Part shown: one piece after another, positions 38,490 through 51,306 of the stretch | Layout: each line of letters opens with the position of its first letter | How positions within the stretch are numbered: position 1 is the stretch's first letter | DNA from: Cetorhinus maximus | Lineage: Eukaryota | DNA length: 64,000 nt | Assembly (NCBI RefSeq): GCF_964194155.1 | Contig: NC_135901.1 | Span: 1,674,001 to 1,738,000 of the forward strand | Direction of reading: 5' to 3' | Position numbers and translations under genes: made by a program | The notes under the pieces: generated by a model | The model's database searches: none | The model's input: the letters and a program-made list of their open reading frames with translations, nothing else | What the model was told of the DNA's origin: nothing

Positions 38490-39720
38490 CACTCGCTGAC
38501 CCAGGATGGCGGCCGTTAACCTGGGCCTGTTCCCGGGAGGGAGAAGCCCCGCAGCTGCAAACCAGGAGCTGATAATTATTCCTCAGGGTTTGCGGATCCA
38601 CAAAGTGTTTCCAAATCCTCCCCGTCCAGCCGCCGGCTCCATCGCTCCCTCCCCCCGGGCCTATCACCGCGGGGTAAACACGGGGCCTGGGGCCTACCCC
38701 AGAAGTTGCTCCAGTTCCCAGTCCAGCCGCGGTTTCCATTCCTACCCTGTTTTCACAATCGCCTCCCGAACCGTCCGCTCCTCCTCACTGTCACCATGAC
38801 TGACACTGAGCATGCTCAGAGCGCACACCCACACTGCACCTGCGCACTGGGAGTTGCCTCACCGGCCGCCGCCATCTTGGGAGAGGAAGACGGGTCTTGT
38901 TCAGAGTGCCAGGCGCATGGGCGACCATCTTGGAGAAGGCGCGGCTTTCTCCCCGGTGACCGGCCCGGGTTACCCGGGCAACCGGCCGCCGCCATCTTGT
39001 GATGAGGGTTTTCCATCCGGGTCTTTAGTGAAGGAATGGACAATGAGCTGGAGCCAGTTTGAAAACTGTTCAGAGGAAGGTCTGAAATCAGATTTACATC
39101 CAGATACCTGTAAGGACAATAAAGTTTACATCAATTGTGTGTTTAAAATGAAATCAGAATGCTGGAAATACTCAGTTCTGAAGAAGAATCATATTGGATT
39201 GGAAATGTTAAATCTGTTTCTCTCTCTTCACAGAAGCTGCCAAACCTGCTGAGGATTTCCAGAACTTTCTGTTTTTATTTCAGATTTCTAGCATCCACCG
39301 TATTTTACTAAAATTATTATGTTTCTTTGCAGTTTTGTTGCATAAAGAGTAAAATAATTGTGACCATTTAAATGTACAAATCAGTGATATTTATTTGTGT
39401 AACTGAGACTCGACTGTTAAGCCCGCTCCCGACAGCGACCTCTCACCTGACAGCTCACAATGCCCGGATGATTGACGGCAGCTCCGAGCCAATAGGATTA
39501 GGGGGCGGGACTAGAGGACCGAGCAGGAGCGGTTGGGCGTCGAGCCATTCGGAGTGATGGGGATGGGGGAGGGGCGGGGCTAGGATCCGACTGAAGCATG
39601 CGCAGTACTGGAGCCGGAGCTGGAAGAAGGAGCTGTCGAGTTGAGATCACAAAGGGTGAGAAATGAAGTCGGCGGCTGGAGATTGTGAACCGGGGGGAGC
39701 CTGGAAACAACGCGCGAGTT
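38490..39720. promoter_or_regulatory. CpG-rich head-to-head promoter region between copies I and J
   Basis: Three YY1-type motifs (GATGGCGGCC ~38505; CCGCCATCTT ~38870, ~38990), GC boxes, CCAAT, GCATGCGCA, and the donor G|GTGAG at 39656. Confidence 0.65.
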
Positions 39721-39734
39721 CAGACGGCGGGAAT

Positions 39735-40040
39735 ACGGTGGCCCAGTGGTAATGTCACTGGGCTAGAAGTCCAGAGACCTTGGGATGTGGGTTCAAGTCC
39801 CAGCACAGCTGCTGGAATTTAAATTTAGTTAATAAATCTATAAAGTTATCATCGATTGTGGTAAATCCCGTCTGGTTCACTAGTGTCCCTTTAGGGAAGG
39901 AAACCTGCCGTCCCCACCAAGTCTGGCCTGCGTGTGACTCCAGACCCACAGTGATGTGGTTCACTCTGAATCGGCCCAGCAAGCCACTCAGTTATGAATG
40001 CCATGTTATGAGGGCAATGCCCACATCCTATCATAGAATT
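39735..40040 (+). mobile_element. tRNA-derived SINE
   Basis: A box tggcccagtgg and B box ggttcaagtcc. The body gggaaggaaacctgccgtcc..gactccagacccaca is shared with 47110-47670. Confidence 0.75.
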
Positions 40041-40814
40041 TAAAAAAAAAACATGGTCTGTGCGGGACTGGAAACCCTGGTAAGAGGCCTGGCTTATGCA
40101 GGCAACTGCCTGTTGCCATCTTAGGAGGGGAAGGTGGGGTGAATGGGTAGTGATATTGGTGAGGGAATTGTCATTTGTGGGAGGGAATTCCAATCTTATC
40201 CCAGCTTTTGTGTCAATAATTGTTTCCTCATTTCACTCTGAAAGACATGGCTACAATTTTTAGACCATGATCGTCCTCACTTCCCCAGATTCAGTCAGTT
40301 TCAAAGAAGAGTCATAGTCCTGGACTCTGGGGGCACAGTGTAAACATGAGAGCCAGACCTTTCAGGAGTGAAGTCTACACACAAAGGGAGGTAGAAGTGA
40401 GGAACTCTGTTCCACAAACAGTAGTTGATGCGAGATCAATGTTAATGTTAAATCTGACATTGAACAATCTTTGTTAACCAAAGGTATTAATGGATATGAA
40501 GCGAAGGCAGCTGTATAGAGTTAGATCACAGATCAGCCATGATCTCATTTCACGGTGGAACAGGCTTGAGGAGCTAAATAGTCAACTCCTAGAATCATAG
40601 AAACTTACAACACAGGAAGAGGCCATTCAATCCTTTGTGTTTGCGCTGTCTCTTTGAATGAGCAGTCATGTTTAGTCCCACACACATGCTCTGTTCGTAG
40701 ACCTCAGAGTTCCTCATTCTCAAATAACCGTCAATTCCCTTTTAAAATTCCTTATAGAGTCAGGTTCCAGCACTTTTTCAGGTGTGAGTTCCCAATCCTG
40801 ACAACTCTTTGTTG

Positions 40815-41140
40815 GTGCAGAAACTGTTGAACTCGATGCTGAGTCTGGAAAGTTGTAAAGTTTCAAATCGGAAGATGAACTGCTGTTCCTCGAGCTCCCA
40901 TTGAGCTTCATTGGAACAGTTCAGGAGGCCAAGGACAGAGAGGTCAGAGTGGGAGTGGGGCAGAGAATTAAAATGACAAGTGACTGGAAGCTCAGGGTCA
41001 AGCTCACAGACTGAATGGAGGTTATTCCACAAAGTGATCACCCAATCGTGTTTGATCTTCCCAATGTATAGCAGGCCACATGGTCAGCACTGAAGACAGT
41101 AACTAAATTGAAAAAAAATTACAAGCAGATCACTGTTTGT
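40815..41140 (-). mobile_element. Penelope GIY-YIG fragment
   Basis: PVTCHFNS..LEEQQFIFRFETLQ peptide (ORF 40778..41041). Confidence 0.8.
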
Positions 41141-41179
41141 TATGAGCCAAGGAAAGATACTTCATTTGAAGAATAAGGG

Positions 41180-41430
41180 TTACAAAGTAAAACAAACCGA
41201 TATCCAGAATATTAAATCTTCAGTCCAGTTACAAGGATTATTAACATCAGCAGAAACAAACCCAAACTATCAGAATGAACATGATTCAGTCCTGGATGTG
41301 ATTAACAGCAGAATCCAACCGCTGGAGTCTCTGCTGAACTTGCTGGTGTGTCAGCCAGTTGGATGATGGATTAAATCTCTTCTCAGACATGGAGCAGGTG
41401 TCCCCCTCTCCCCAGTGTGAACTCGCTGCT
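41180..41430 (-). pseudogene. ZNF 3' relic (last finger plus family tail) inside the intron of copy J
   Basis: Minus strand reads HTGRG.TCSMSEKRF..LTHQQV followed by gctgttaatcacatccaggactgaatc. Confidence 0.7.
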
Positions 41431-41922
41431 GTGTGTCTTGGAGCTGATGGCTTCCCCCATGCACCAGCTGCTCTTGTCTTTCCATGTGGGTGGGGGCCAT
41501 GAGAGATTCTACCAAAAATTCTGGTTGAATTGCAGATCTATGAAGTCCATCTCCTTTTCCCCTCCTCCACCTCTCAATCTTTTCCCATAGAGGCCAGAGT
41601 CTTGTGTCAGCCCAGACTGGGAGGCAGGTTCCCTTCCCTGAAGGACATTAATGAACCAGTTGCGTTTTTATGACAATCCAGCAGTTTTCATGGTCACTTT
41701 TTCCTCGTGCCGACCCCACAAATTATCGGATTCATTCAGCTCAATTTCACAACCTGTCTTTGTGTTTTTGTGGGTTCTCTTTCACGGTTCTTCATTTCTG
41801 TTTTAAATTCATTTTACAGGCTGTTAGAAGGATTTGCAGTTGGGAAAGTCAAATCAAAATCACATCAAAATCTGCCAGAGTCTCTCGATTCATCAGGACC
41901 TGAAGATCGACAGCCTTTGAAC

Positions 41923-42762
41923 ATGGAAGCAAAAAGCACTGTTCACACCAGGTCAAAACCATGGAAATGTGGGGACTGTGGGAAGGGATTCAGATCTCCG
42001 TCTGATCTGGAAACTCATCGACGCAGTCACACCGGGGAGAGGCCGTTCATCTGCTCCGTGTGTGGGAAGGGATTCACTCAGTTAATCGGTCTTCAGACAC
42101 ACCAGCGACTTCACACTGGAGAGAGGCCTTTCACCTGCGCCGTGTGTGGAAATGGATTCACTCGCTCATCCCACCTGCTGAAACACCAGCAAGTTCACAC
42201 CAACAAGAGAGAATTTCAATGCCCCGACTGTGAAAAGAGCTTTAAAAACCCACATGGACTGAGGGAGCACCAGCGCATTCACACTGCATATGCACCGTTC
42301 AGCTGCTCACAGTGTGGGAAGAGGTTCAGTACATCACCCCACCTTCTGACACACCAACGTGTTCACACTGACGAGAGACCGTTTAAATGTCCAGACTGTG
42401 GGAAGTGCTTCAAAAGTTCTATGGATCTACAATACCATCAACGTGTTCACACTGATGAGAGACCATTCAGATGCTCTCACTGTGGTACTGGGTTCAGGCA
42501 ATCATCTCACCTCACTGCACACCAGCGCACCCACACTGGGGAGAGGCCATTCACCTGCTCCAAGTGTGGAAAAAGATTCACTCAGTCATCCAACCTGCTG
42601 ACACACCAGCGAATTCACACTGGGGAGAGACCATACACCTGCTCCGAATGTGGGAAGGGATTCATTCGCTTATCCCACCTGGTGACACACCAGCGAGTTC
42701 ACAAGTGTTTGCAGGGGTTGGATTCTGCTGTTATTGCTGCTGTTAATCACATCCTGGACTGA
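41923..42762 (+). CDS. C2H2 zinc-finger protein (copy J), 9 fingers plus a C-terminal extension from stop loss
   Basis: Acceptor before 41820 and ATG at 41923 (MEAKSTVH). Ends [20 protein letters not shown]. Confidence 0.9.
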   Translation: MEAKSTVHTRSKPWKCGDCGKGFRSPSDLETHRRSHTGERPFICSVCGKGFTQLIGLQTHQRLHTGERPFTCAVCGNGFTRSSHLLKHQQVHTNKREFQCPDCEKSFKNPHGLREHQRIHTAYAPFSCSQCGKRFSTSPHLLTHQRVHTDERPFKCPDCGKCFKSSMDLQYHQRVHTDERPFRCSHCGTGFRQSSHLTAHQRTHTGERPFTCSKCGKRFTQSSNLLTHQRIHTGERPYTCSECGKGFIRLSHLVTHQRVHKCLQGLDSAVIAAVNHILD

Positions 42763-43437
42763 ATCATGTTCATTCTGACAGTTGGGGTTGATCTCTAATG
42801 TCAGTTGCCCAGTTCAGACTTAGCGTGTACCCGCACCATCTCTCAATCATATGTGAATAGATCATCATTGTCTGAAAACCTTGTTTTTAAATTTAAATCC
42901 ACTCAGAAACTGTATCAAACTAAACGTTAAACAGATCACAGTGCAATCCTGCAGCTCTATATTGACCGGAGAAAGCCTGTTCTGTAACTCGAGGATGAGG
43001 CTCGGTAAGCTCTGAATGTTTGTAATTACAAGTAGGCTCGAGCTATTTGAGAGACGACGGGCTGTTCAAAACTGTTAACCGTTAAGATATTGAAGGAATT
43101 ACTCTGAAAGTAAACTCACCAATTGATAACCTCAGACTCTGCTCCCGGCTGTAATTAATATTCAGCATCCATTCGTGCTGATTTACAGTGAACCACTGAA
43201 TATCCTGTGGAATCTTTGTTCCTTGTTTAGTGAAATAGCTCTCCCCATTAGTGCTGAACTGCTGGATAACTCTGATTACATTTAGACACGTCTAGAAAGA
43301 ATCTGTGTGCCCACATTTCACTGTGATTTGTAACAATAAACAACATTCATGGCCTGACTTATCTGGTATCCGGGTGATTTGTGAAGAAAGATTTAATTCA
43401 GTCACTCAGCAGCTTGGGGGGAACCAGACAGGTTTAT

Positions 43438-44975
43438 TGAACATAAGAAATAGGAACAGGAATAGGCCATTTGGCCCTTCGAGCCTGCCCTGCTATTCAA
43501 TACGATCATCGCTGATCTTCTATCCCAGGTCTGCTCTCTCCGTATCCCTTATTTCCCTTCAAAAATACTCAAAACTCTATCGACCTGTGTCTTAAATATA
43601 ACTGAGAACCACCGCACCCTGAGGTGGAAAATTGCAAAGATTCGCAACCCTCTGAGTGAGGAAATTCCTCCTCTTCTCAATTTTAAATGGTCAATCCCTT
43701 ATTCTGAGACTGTGCTCCCCCCCCAAACCCCACCCCCCGCCCCCCACTCCCTTCTAGATTCCCCAGCCAGGGGAAACATTTTCTCAGCATCTACCCTGTC
43801 AGGCCCCTTAAGAACTTTAAATTTCAATTAGATCACCTTTCATTCTTCTAAACTCCATTAAATTTAGGCCTAGTCTGCTCAATCTCTCCTCATGGGACAA
43901 TCTCCTCATCCCAGGAACCAGTCTGGTGAACATTTGTTTCACTCCCTCTAGGTCAAGTATGTCCTTCCTTGGTAAGAAGACTAAACCCGCACACAGTACT
44001 CCAGGTGAGGCCTCACCAATGCTCTGTGTAATTGTAGTAAGACATATTTACTCTTATACTCCAATCCCTTTGTAATAAAAGCTAACAGACCATTTACCAT
44101 TTGCTTGCTGTACCTGCACATTAACTACCTGTGATTCATGTACAAGAACAGCCAGGTCCCTTTGAATGCAAATATTTCCCAGTCTCGCACCATTCAAAAA
44201 AATATCCTGCTTTTATAATTTCCCTCTTTTATAATTTCCCTATCAATATTGATAACTTCACACTTCACCACATTGTATTCCATCTGCCATGTCCTTACCC
44301 ACTCTCCCAATCTGTCTATCCCTCTGCAGACCCTTTTCGTCCTTGTCACCGTTTACTTTTCCAATTAACTTTCTTTGACAGCAGCCTGGATACATTACAC
44401 TCAGTCTCCTCATCAAAAGCATTGATATCGATTGTGAGTAGCTGAGGCTTAACTACTGATCCTTGTGGTACCCACAAGTTACAGCCTGTCAATCTGAAAA
44501 TGTCCCGTTTATTCCTATTCTCTGTTTTCTATCCATTAATTAACTCTCAGTCCATGCTAGAATATTACCCCAATCACCTGAGACCTGATTTTGTGTAATG
44601 ACCTCTTGTGTGGCACCTTATCAAATGTTTTTTGAAAATCCAAATGCACAACATGTGCTGATTGCCTTGTTATCCACCTCACCCGTTACACCCACAAAAA
44701 GCTCTAAACAAATGTGTCAAACATGATTTCCCTTTCATAAATCTGTATTGACTCTGTTTAATCAGTTAACGATTTTCGAAGTGCCCTGTTACCGCATCTA
44801 ATAATAGCAGTTGGCAAAATGCTACAATCGGATGTTAGACTAACTGGTCTATAGTTCCTCATTTTCTCTCTTCCTCCTTTCTGAATAGTGAGGTTATGTT
44901 TTCTACCTTCCATTCCTTGGGAACTGTTCTAAAAAATCTAAGGAATCCTGGAAGATCAAATCCAATGTATCCACC
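43438..44975 (-). mobile_element. Decayed CR1 LINE fragment
   Basis: CR1 3' UTR at ~43440 and RT remnants on the minus strand. Confidence 0.8.
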
Positions 44976-45789
44976 AGGTTATGATCCCTGTGGAGATCAA
45001 CAAACCAAAAGAACCAAATTTACTGAACAACACCAACAAGAAAACCATTGAACAAGATTTCACTTTTGATACCTTTTACTTTAACAATCAAAGCAAAATC
45101 AACATAAATTAAACATGAATTAACAGGCACATTGCAGTCAATATTAACTAAAACTTACATATTAAAGAGCAGATGCAACAAAGGGAGATCTGCGTTTTTC
45201 AGAAGTCCACTCAGCAGATATGGTACCAATTTCAGCCACAAACTCCTTCAAAACTCTGAAAGTCCTCAGGTAGAATTCCAGCTTCTTTTCTTTCAGGATT
45301 TAGGCGCCGATTACATATTTCACTCCTGGGATTGGTTTGTTTCTTGAAGGTGAGATTATTATTAAAATGACAACACACACTGTGTCCACCCAGGGATCTC
45401 TCTGGACTAACTAGCACCACACAGTCAGGGTCATGTGTCTATGAAGAGGAGGTTGTTGTCCAGTATTTCCTAACCAATTCTCTATCTAAGTGATAGATTG
45501 TCTCTAATTCCAGGCACTTTCATTTTGTTAGAATCTCTTGTGTGGAACTTTAACAAATGCCTTCTGGAAGTCAGTATAAGTAACATCCATTGACATTCCC
45601 TTAACTACCACATTAGTGACCTCCTCAAAAATACAACACAGTTATTTAGACATGAATTAACCTTTTACAAATCCATGCTGTCTCTCTCTGATCAGCTCAT
45701 ATTTCTCAAAGTGATAATGGGGTGAATAATTCAGAATGCACAAACCTCCTGAATCTTTCCTATTTATGGCAGACAGAAGATGTAGAGTT

Positions 45790-46730
45790 AATCTCTCTTT
45801 CTGTTTCCCTCTTTCGCTCTGTCCTATATTTCTCCCTGGATTTCTTTCTGTCTCTGTATCCTCTCTCTTGGTCCTTCTGTCTTTTGCTTTGAAACAATTT
45901 ATTGTCTCTTTTTGTGTCTCTCATTCGCTCTGCCTGCATTTATCTCTCTATTTGTCTTTTTCCCTCTCTCATTCTGTCAATGTTGTCATTCAATCTTTCT
46001 GTCTCACTGTCTCTCACTCCCTTTCTGTGACTGTCTTTCTCGCTCCATCTGTCTCTCCCCCTCTGTCTCTCATCCCCTGTCTGTCTCTTATGTTCTGACT
46101 CTCTCTCGCTATCTGTCTCTCAGCCTCTGTCTCTCACCCTCTGTATGTTTCTGATCATTTTCTGTCTTTCAGTCTCTGTCTGTCCTTCCCTGTCTGTCTC
46201 TCACCCTCCGTCTCTCACCCTCCATCTGACTCTCACTCTCCATCTGTCTCTCACTCTCTTTCTCTCACCCTCCTTCTGTCTCTCACTCTCCATCTGTCTC
46301 TCACTCTCTTTCTCTCATTCTACATCTGTGTCTCACCCTCTGTCTGTCTCTCACCCTCTGTCTGTCTGCCACCCCCTGTCTGTCTCTCACCCTCAGCCTG
46401 ATTCTCACTGTCTCTTTCTCACTCTGTCTCTCACTCTCTGTCTGTCTCTCACCCTCTGTCTGTCTCTCACCCTGTCTGTCTCCCACTCCCTGTCTGTCTC
46501 TCACCCTCAGCCTGATTCTCACTGTCTCTCACTCTGTCTGTCTCTCACCTTCTGTCTGTCTCTCACCCTCTGTCTGTCTCCCACTCCCTGTCTGTCTCCC
46601 ACTCCCTGTCTGTCTCTCACCCTCAGCCTGATTCTCACTCTGTCTCTTTCTCACTCTCTGACTCTCACTCTCTGTCTGTCTCTCACTCTCTGTCTGTCTC
46701 TCATTCTCTGTCTCATTTCCTATCTCACTG
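45790..46730. repeat. Pyrimidine-rich degenerate tandem repeat (TCTCACYCTCTGTCTG-like, ~16-18 bp unit)
   Basis: Directly visible, with a higher-order block ctcagcctgattctcact occurring three times. Confidence 0.9.
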
Positions 46731-47109
46731 ACATTGATTCTTTATTTCAGACACAGAGTCTCTGCCATTCCAAGATGAACACAACACCCGAGATGAGCCC
46801 AGACCTCACATTGAACACAATTAGATCAACATTCCCAATCATTTCCAATCAGAGTCTGTAAAGCTGACAATGAATAAGGACACCGTTAACCAGAATGGAG
46901 GGAAATCAGACTCATCCTGGTATGAGTTCGAGCCCCACCGATCTTCCCTTTCTGTGATATCACCGTCCCCTTATTACGAGTGTTGGGAAATGGCTGACTT
47001 GTGTGCAGCAGCAATGTTGATTTCTCCAGATATGTAAAATTTGCCACAATATAAATCGCAATTTAATTGGGTTTAGCTGTGTGTTTGGATTCTTGGCACC
47101 TAGGGAGAG

Positions 47110-47670
47110 GTGAAGGTGTAGTGGTATTGTCACTGGACTAGTAATCCAGAGATGCTCTGGATCTGTCATGGCAAATGGTGGAATTTGAATTCAATAAAAC
47201 TCTGGAATTAAAAGTTTAATGTTGACCATGAAACCATTGTCGATTGTTGTAAAAAAAAAACCCATCAGGCTCACTAACGTCCTTTAGGGAAGGAAATTTG
47301 TCATCCTTACCTGGTCTGGCCTACATGTGACTCCAGACCCACAGCAATGTGGTTTACTCTTAAATGCCTTCTGAAATGCCACTCAGTTGTATCAAACCAC
47401 TACAAAGTCACAGAAAAAAGGAATGAAACCAGACAGACCACCCAGCATCGACCTAGGCACCGGAAACAATGTCAATCTCAGCCCCGTCGAGTGCCATTCC
47501 TTTACTGTCACTGGGTCAAAATCCTGGAACTCCCTTCCTAACAGCACTGTGGGTGTACCCGCAGCACATGGATTGCAGTGGTTCAAGATGGCAGCTCACC
47601 AGCATCTTCTCAAGGGCAACTAGGAATGGGCAATAAAGCCAGCCCAGCCAGCGAAGCCCACATCCCGTAA
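47110..47670 (+). mobile_element. tRNA-derived SINE with LINE-derived 3' tail
   Basis: Head ggtgtagtggtattgtcactggactagtaatccagag. Body shared with the 39735 copy, tail shared with 6825-7155. Confidence 0.75.
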
Positions 47671-48247
47671 AGTAAACCTTCAGAAAGTCTCATCGACCTC
47701 CAGACTTCTGTTCAATACATTTGCTGAGTGGATTTAAATTTAAACCAGGTTTACAGATGTGATGCTGTATTCACACATCAAAGGTGAGAGCGATGCTGTG
47801 GGACATACACTAAGTCCAGTAGCTGAAAATGATTAACAGACTGGGTTTTGTGTTCAGTGATCCCAGGAGTGTTACTGACACCTTCCCTGCATCCCAAAGC
47901 TAGGGGGGCCACTCTGAAAGGTATGGGGAGCTGTGGCTTGTCCATGAGAGTAACTGAAGGTCTGAGAACTGAAGTAATCTAAAGTTGGAAAGGAGAAAAG
48001 ACCCAAAATAGAGCAGTCAGTAACAGGATATCAAGTAACCTCCTCTTATCCTGGAGAAATTAAAGACTCAACAAAGTGTGTGTCTGAAACAACATGAATT
48101 CATTTGACAGATATCAAAATATTGAACTCCAGCCAGTTATAGGGGTTATTAACATCAGCAGAAACAAACACCAACTATCAGAATGATCGTGGTTCAGTCC
48201 TGGATGTGATGGACAGCGGCAATAACAGCAGAATCCAAACCCTGCAG

Positions 48248-48919
48248 TCACTGGTGAAGTCGTTGGTGTCTCAGCTGGTGGGATGACGAAGTGAATCACT
48301 TCCCACACATAGAGCAGGTGAACGGCCTCTCCCCAGTGTGAGTGAATTGGTGTTTCAACAGGTCACTTTTGCTTTTATAGCTCTTACAGTCAGAACATTT
48401 AAAAGGTCTCTGATTACTGTGAACAAGTTGATGTTCAGTGAGGTTGCATAAGTGAAGGAATCCCTTCCCACACTTGGAGCAGCTGAATGGCCTCTCCCCA
48501 GTGTGAACTCGCTGGTGTCTCTGTAGGTTGGATATGTTATTAAATCTCTCCCCACACACAGAGCAGGGGAATGGCCTCTCCCCAGTGTGAAATTGCTGGT
48601 GTGCCAGCAGGTTGGCTGACTGAGTGAATCCCTTCCCACACTCAATGCAGGTGAACAGCCTCTTCCCAGTGTGAACTCCCTGGTGTCTCAGCAGATCCAT
48701 TTTGCTTTTGAAGTTCTTCTCACAGTCAGAACAGTTAAAAGGTCTCTGATCAGTGTGAACAAGTTGATGTTTTGTAAGATGTGCTGACTGATCGAATCCT
48801 TTCCCACACACAGAGCAGGTGAATGGCCTCTCCCCAGTGTAACTGCGTCGATGAGATTCCAGCTGGGATGGAGTATTGAATCCCTTCCCACAGTCCCCGC
48901 ATTTCCATGGTTTCTCCAT
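48248..48919 (-). pseudogene. C2H2 ZNF (copy K), premature stop in finger 8; possibly a functional truncated gene
   Basis: MEKPWKC ATG at 48919. GK* at 48296 is followed in frame by FTSSSHQLRHQRLHQ*. Leader TGAs at 49104 and 48952. Confidence 0.75.
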
Positions 48920-50339
48920 GGTGCTGCCGTCTTTGTGTGTGTCCAGGACAATCAGTTGAAGCCTTGTCCACACACAGAACACATGTACAGTTTCTCCCCA
49001 CTGTGAATGGTGTGATGTTTTATCAGCTTGTGTAACTGGTTAAAGCTCTTTCCACAGTCAGCGCACTGGAACACTCTCAGTGTCTGTCTCGGTGCTTTTC
49101 CAGTCACACTGTTAAAGGAATTTAAATAGAATTACACAGAATATTCAATGCAGAAACAGGTCATTCTGTTCAACTGGTCCATGCCAGTGTTTATGCTCCA
49201 CATGAGCCTCTCACTTCTCTCTATCAGCATATCATTCTATTCCTTTCCCTCTTGTGTGCAGCTTCTTTTTAACTGCATTCACGCTGTTTTGCCTCAACTT
49301 CTCCCTGTGGCAGCAAGTTCCATACACTCTGGACAAAGACTTTGAACTTAAATAGTACTTTCTTGGGTGGCCGATGAGCACTGCTGCCTCTTTTCTGCAT
49401 TTCCTGCAGAGGCTGAATCGTTGCTGATGAGAAAGCGCTGAGCTCTGTAGCTGTACTCCAATTTTGTCATCTCTGGAAATCAGGTGTATGAGGAAAGTGA
49501 GCTCAGCCTTCTCAGCTCCCAGAATAAAGCTGATACCTTGTGAAGGAACTTCAGACAAGTGAAGTGGATCACAAACAACTGTTGTATGAATCATTGTCTG
49601 GCTATGCTGCTGTAAAACGCCTCTGGATGTTAATGGCGCTATGTGAATGATATGAAAAGTATCTTCAATGAACAGATTGTGAATTGGAATTCTCTAACCT
49701 AGAGGGCTGTGGGTGCTCAGTCATTAAGTATAATCAAGACTGAATTCAGAAGATTTTTGGAGATGGAAGGAACGAAGGGAAATGGGGACAAGGAGGAAAA
49801 ATGGAGCTGATGTGGATCAGCCATGATCTTATTGAATGGTGGAACAGGCTCGATGTCCTACACCTGCTCGTATTTGTGATGTTCTTAAGTTGTTCTTGCT
49901 GTATAGAGAACTCTTTAATTTAGTGGAATGATCAACAACAACCTAAGATTTTCTTTTGGTTGCATTCATTTTCAGAGAATCGTAGAGGTGTATCGCACAA
50001 GAGGTCATTTGGCCCATCATTCCTTTACTGGCTCTTAGAAAGAGCAGACTTGCTCAGTCCCACATCCCTGTTTTATGTCCGTAACTGTGTAACCTCCTCA
50101 TCAGGTAACTGTCCACCTCCCTTTTAGAATTAGTTATGGAATCAGATTCCACGACCTTATCAGGCAGATCGCGACAACTCTCTGAGGTTTACTCAATTGC
50201 CCATTATGAAGGTTCAAAGAAGGTTTGAGCAGTGTAAGATGGTTTCAAGAATATCAACATCAAAATATGTTTAATTATTACAATTATTGGCTGGGAGGGC
50301 AGTTCTGTCAGTGTCCAAAAGATACTTGTCTCCTGGTCA

Positions 50340-50820
50340 CTGGGAACCATGAAGCCACGCCCACTTCCTGTTCCCTTACCAAGATGGCCGCACATGCGAG
50401 TCTTCCACGCATTGCATCTACCAACATGGCGGCCGTTTCCCCACCGTCAGGGCGGCTGTGAACCTGGTCTGTCAATGCAGGGCAAACAGCCTCCTCTTCT
50501 CCGAAGCTTTAAGCCTACACCTGGTGTTAATGAACGTTAACAGCCCCATCCCCGCTTCCCCCCCACCACCCCCATTCCACCCCGAGCCGCACAATATCTT
50601 TACCGCCTCCCGGAACCAGCTATGCACCGGCCCGTCTCCGCCATTGTCACCGCGCATGCTCAGAGCACATCTGGTACTGCACCGGCGCATTTGACCCTGT
50701 CGTCATTGATAGGGGACTTTCTGGCCTGCGGGGAATCTGGGTGAACAGACTGCCATTAAACCACGAACTGGCGATGAGAAGAATGTCTTGTCATCCCATC
50801 GAGATTGCGGGCGGGACAGG
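50340..50820. promoter_or_regulatory. CpG-rich promoter, probably for copy K
   Basis: AAGATGGCCG and AACATGGCGGCC (YY1), CACTTCCTG (ETS), CGCGCATGCTC. Partly paralogous to 59630-59730. Confidence 0.6.
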
Positions 50821-51019
50821 TATATCCAACGTCAATTTATGCAATATACAGAAATCAGAATGCCCAGTCTCTCCACCTTGATGCGAAGTACAATGACCAC
50901 CACTTTTCTGTTACTAACTCCAACCACTGGTTAAACCGCTAAATGTTTTCTCACAGTGTTTTCTAAATCCAGTGCAGGTCTGTCATTTAGAGGGAAAGTT
51001 ACGAGGCCTCATTTTTTGT

Positions 51020-51306
51020 CACAAAACAAAAACAAAAATACCTGGAAAAACTCAGCAGGTCTGGCAGCATCGGCAGAGAAGAACAAAGTTGACGTTTCGA
51101 GTCCTCATGACCCTTCAACAGAACTAAGTAGAAATAGGAAAGGGGTGAAATTTCCTATTTCTACTTAGTTCTGTTGAAGGTTCATGAGGACTCGAAATGT
51201 CAACTTTGTTCTTCTCCGCCGATGCTGCCAGACCTGCTGAGTTTTTCCAGATATTTCTGTTTTTGTTTTGGATTTCCAGCATCTGCAGTTTTTTGTTTTT
51301 ATTTTT
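51020..51306. mobile_element. Palindromic Penelope-derived element (two inverted terminal repeats)
   Basis: ~130-bp inverted arms, each with a hammerhead-like motif. 14-bp duplication gcctcattttttgt at 51006-51019 and 51307-51320. Confidence 0.85.

Noticed and set aside
38125-39710. Many short Pro/Gly/Arg-rich ORFs
   Set aside because: By-products of GC-rich promoter sequence with no recognisable domain.
41707-41922. Hydrophobic N-terminal extension of copy J in the ORF track
   Set aside because: It begins at a non-ATG codon and runs through the polypyrimidine tract and acceptor, so 41707-41819 is intronic.
44977-45440. Possible additional LTR fragment beginning gttatgat
   Set aside because: The second terminus and target duplication could not be found, so it is not reported as a feature.
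45736-46861. ORFs of 120-238 aa rich in Leu/Ser/Cys/His
   Set aside because: Artefacts of a stop-poor microsatellite.
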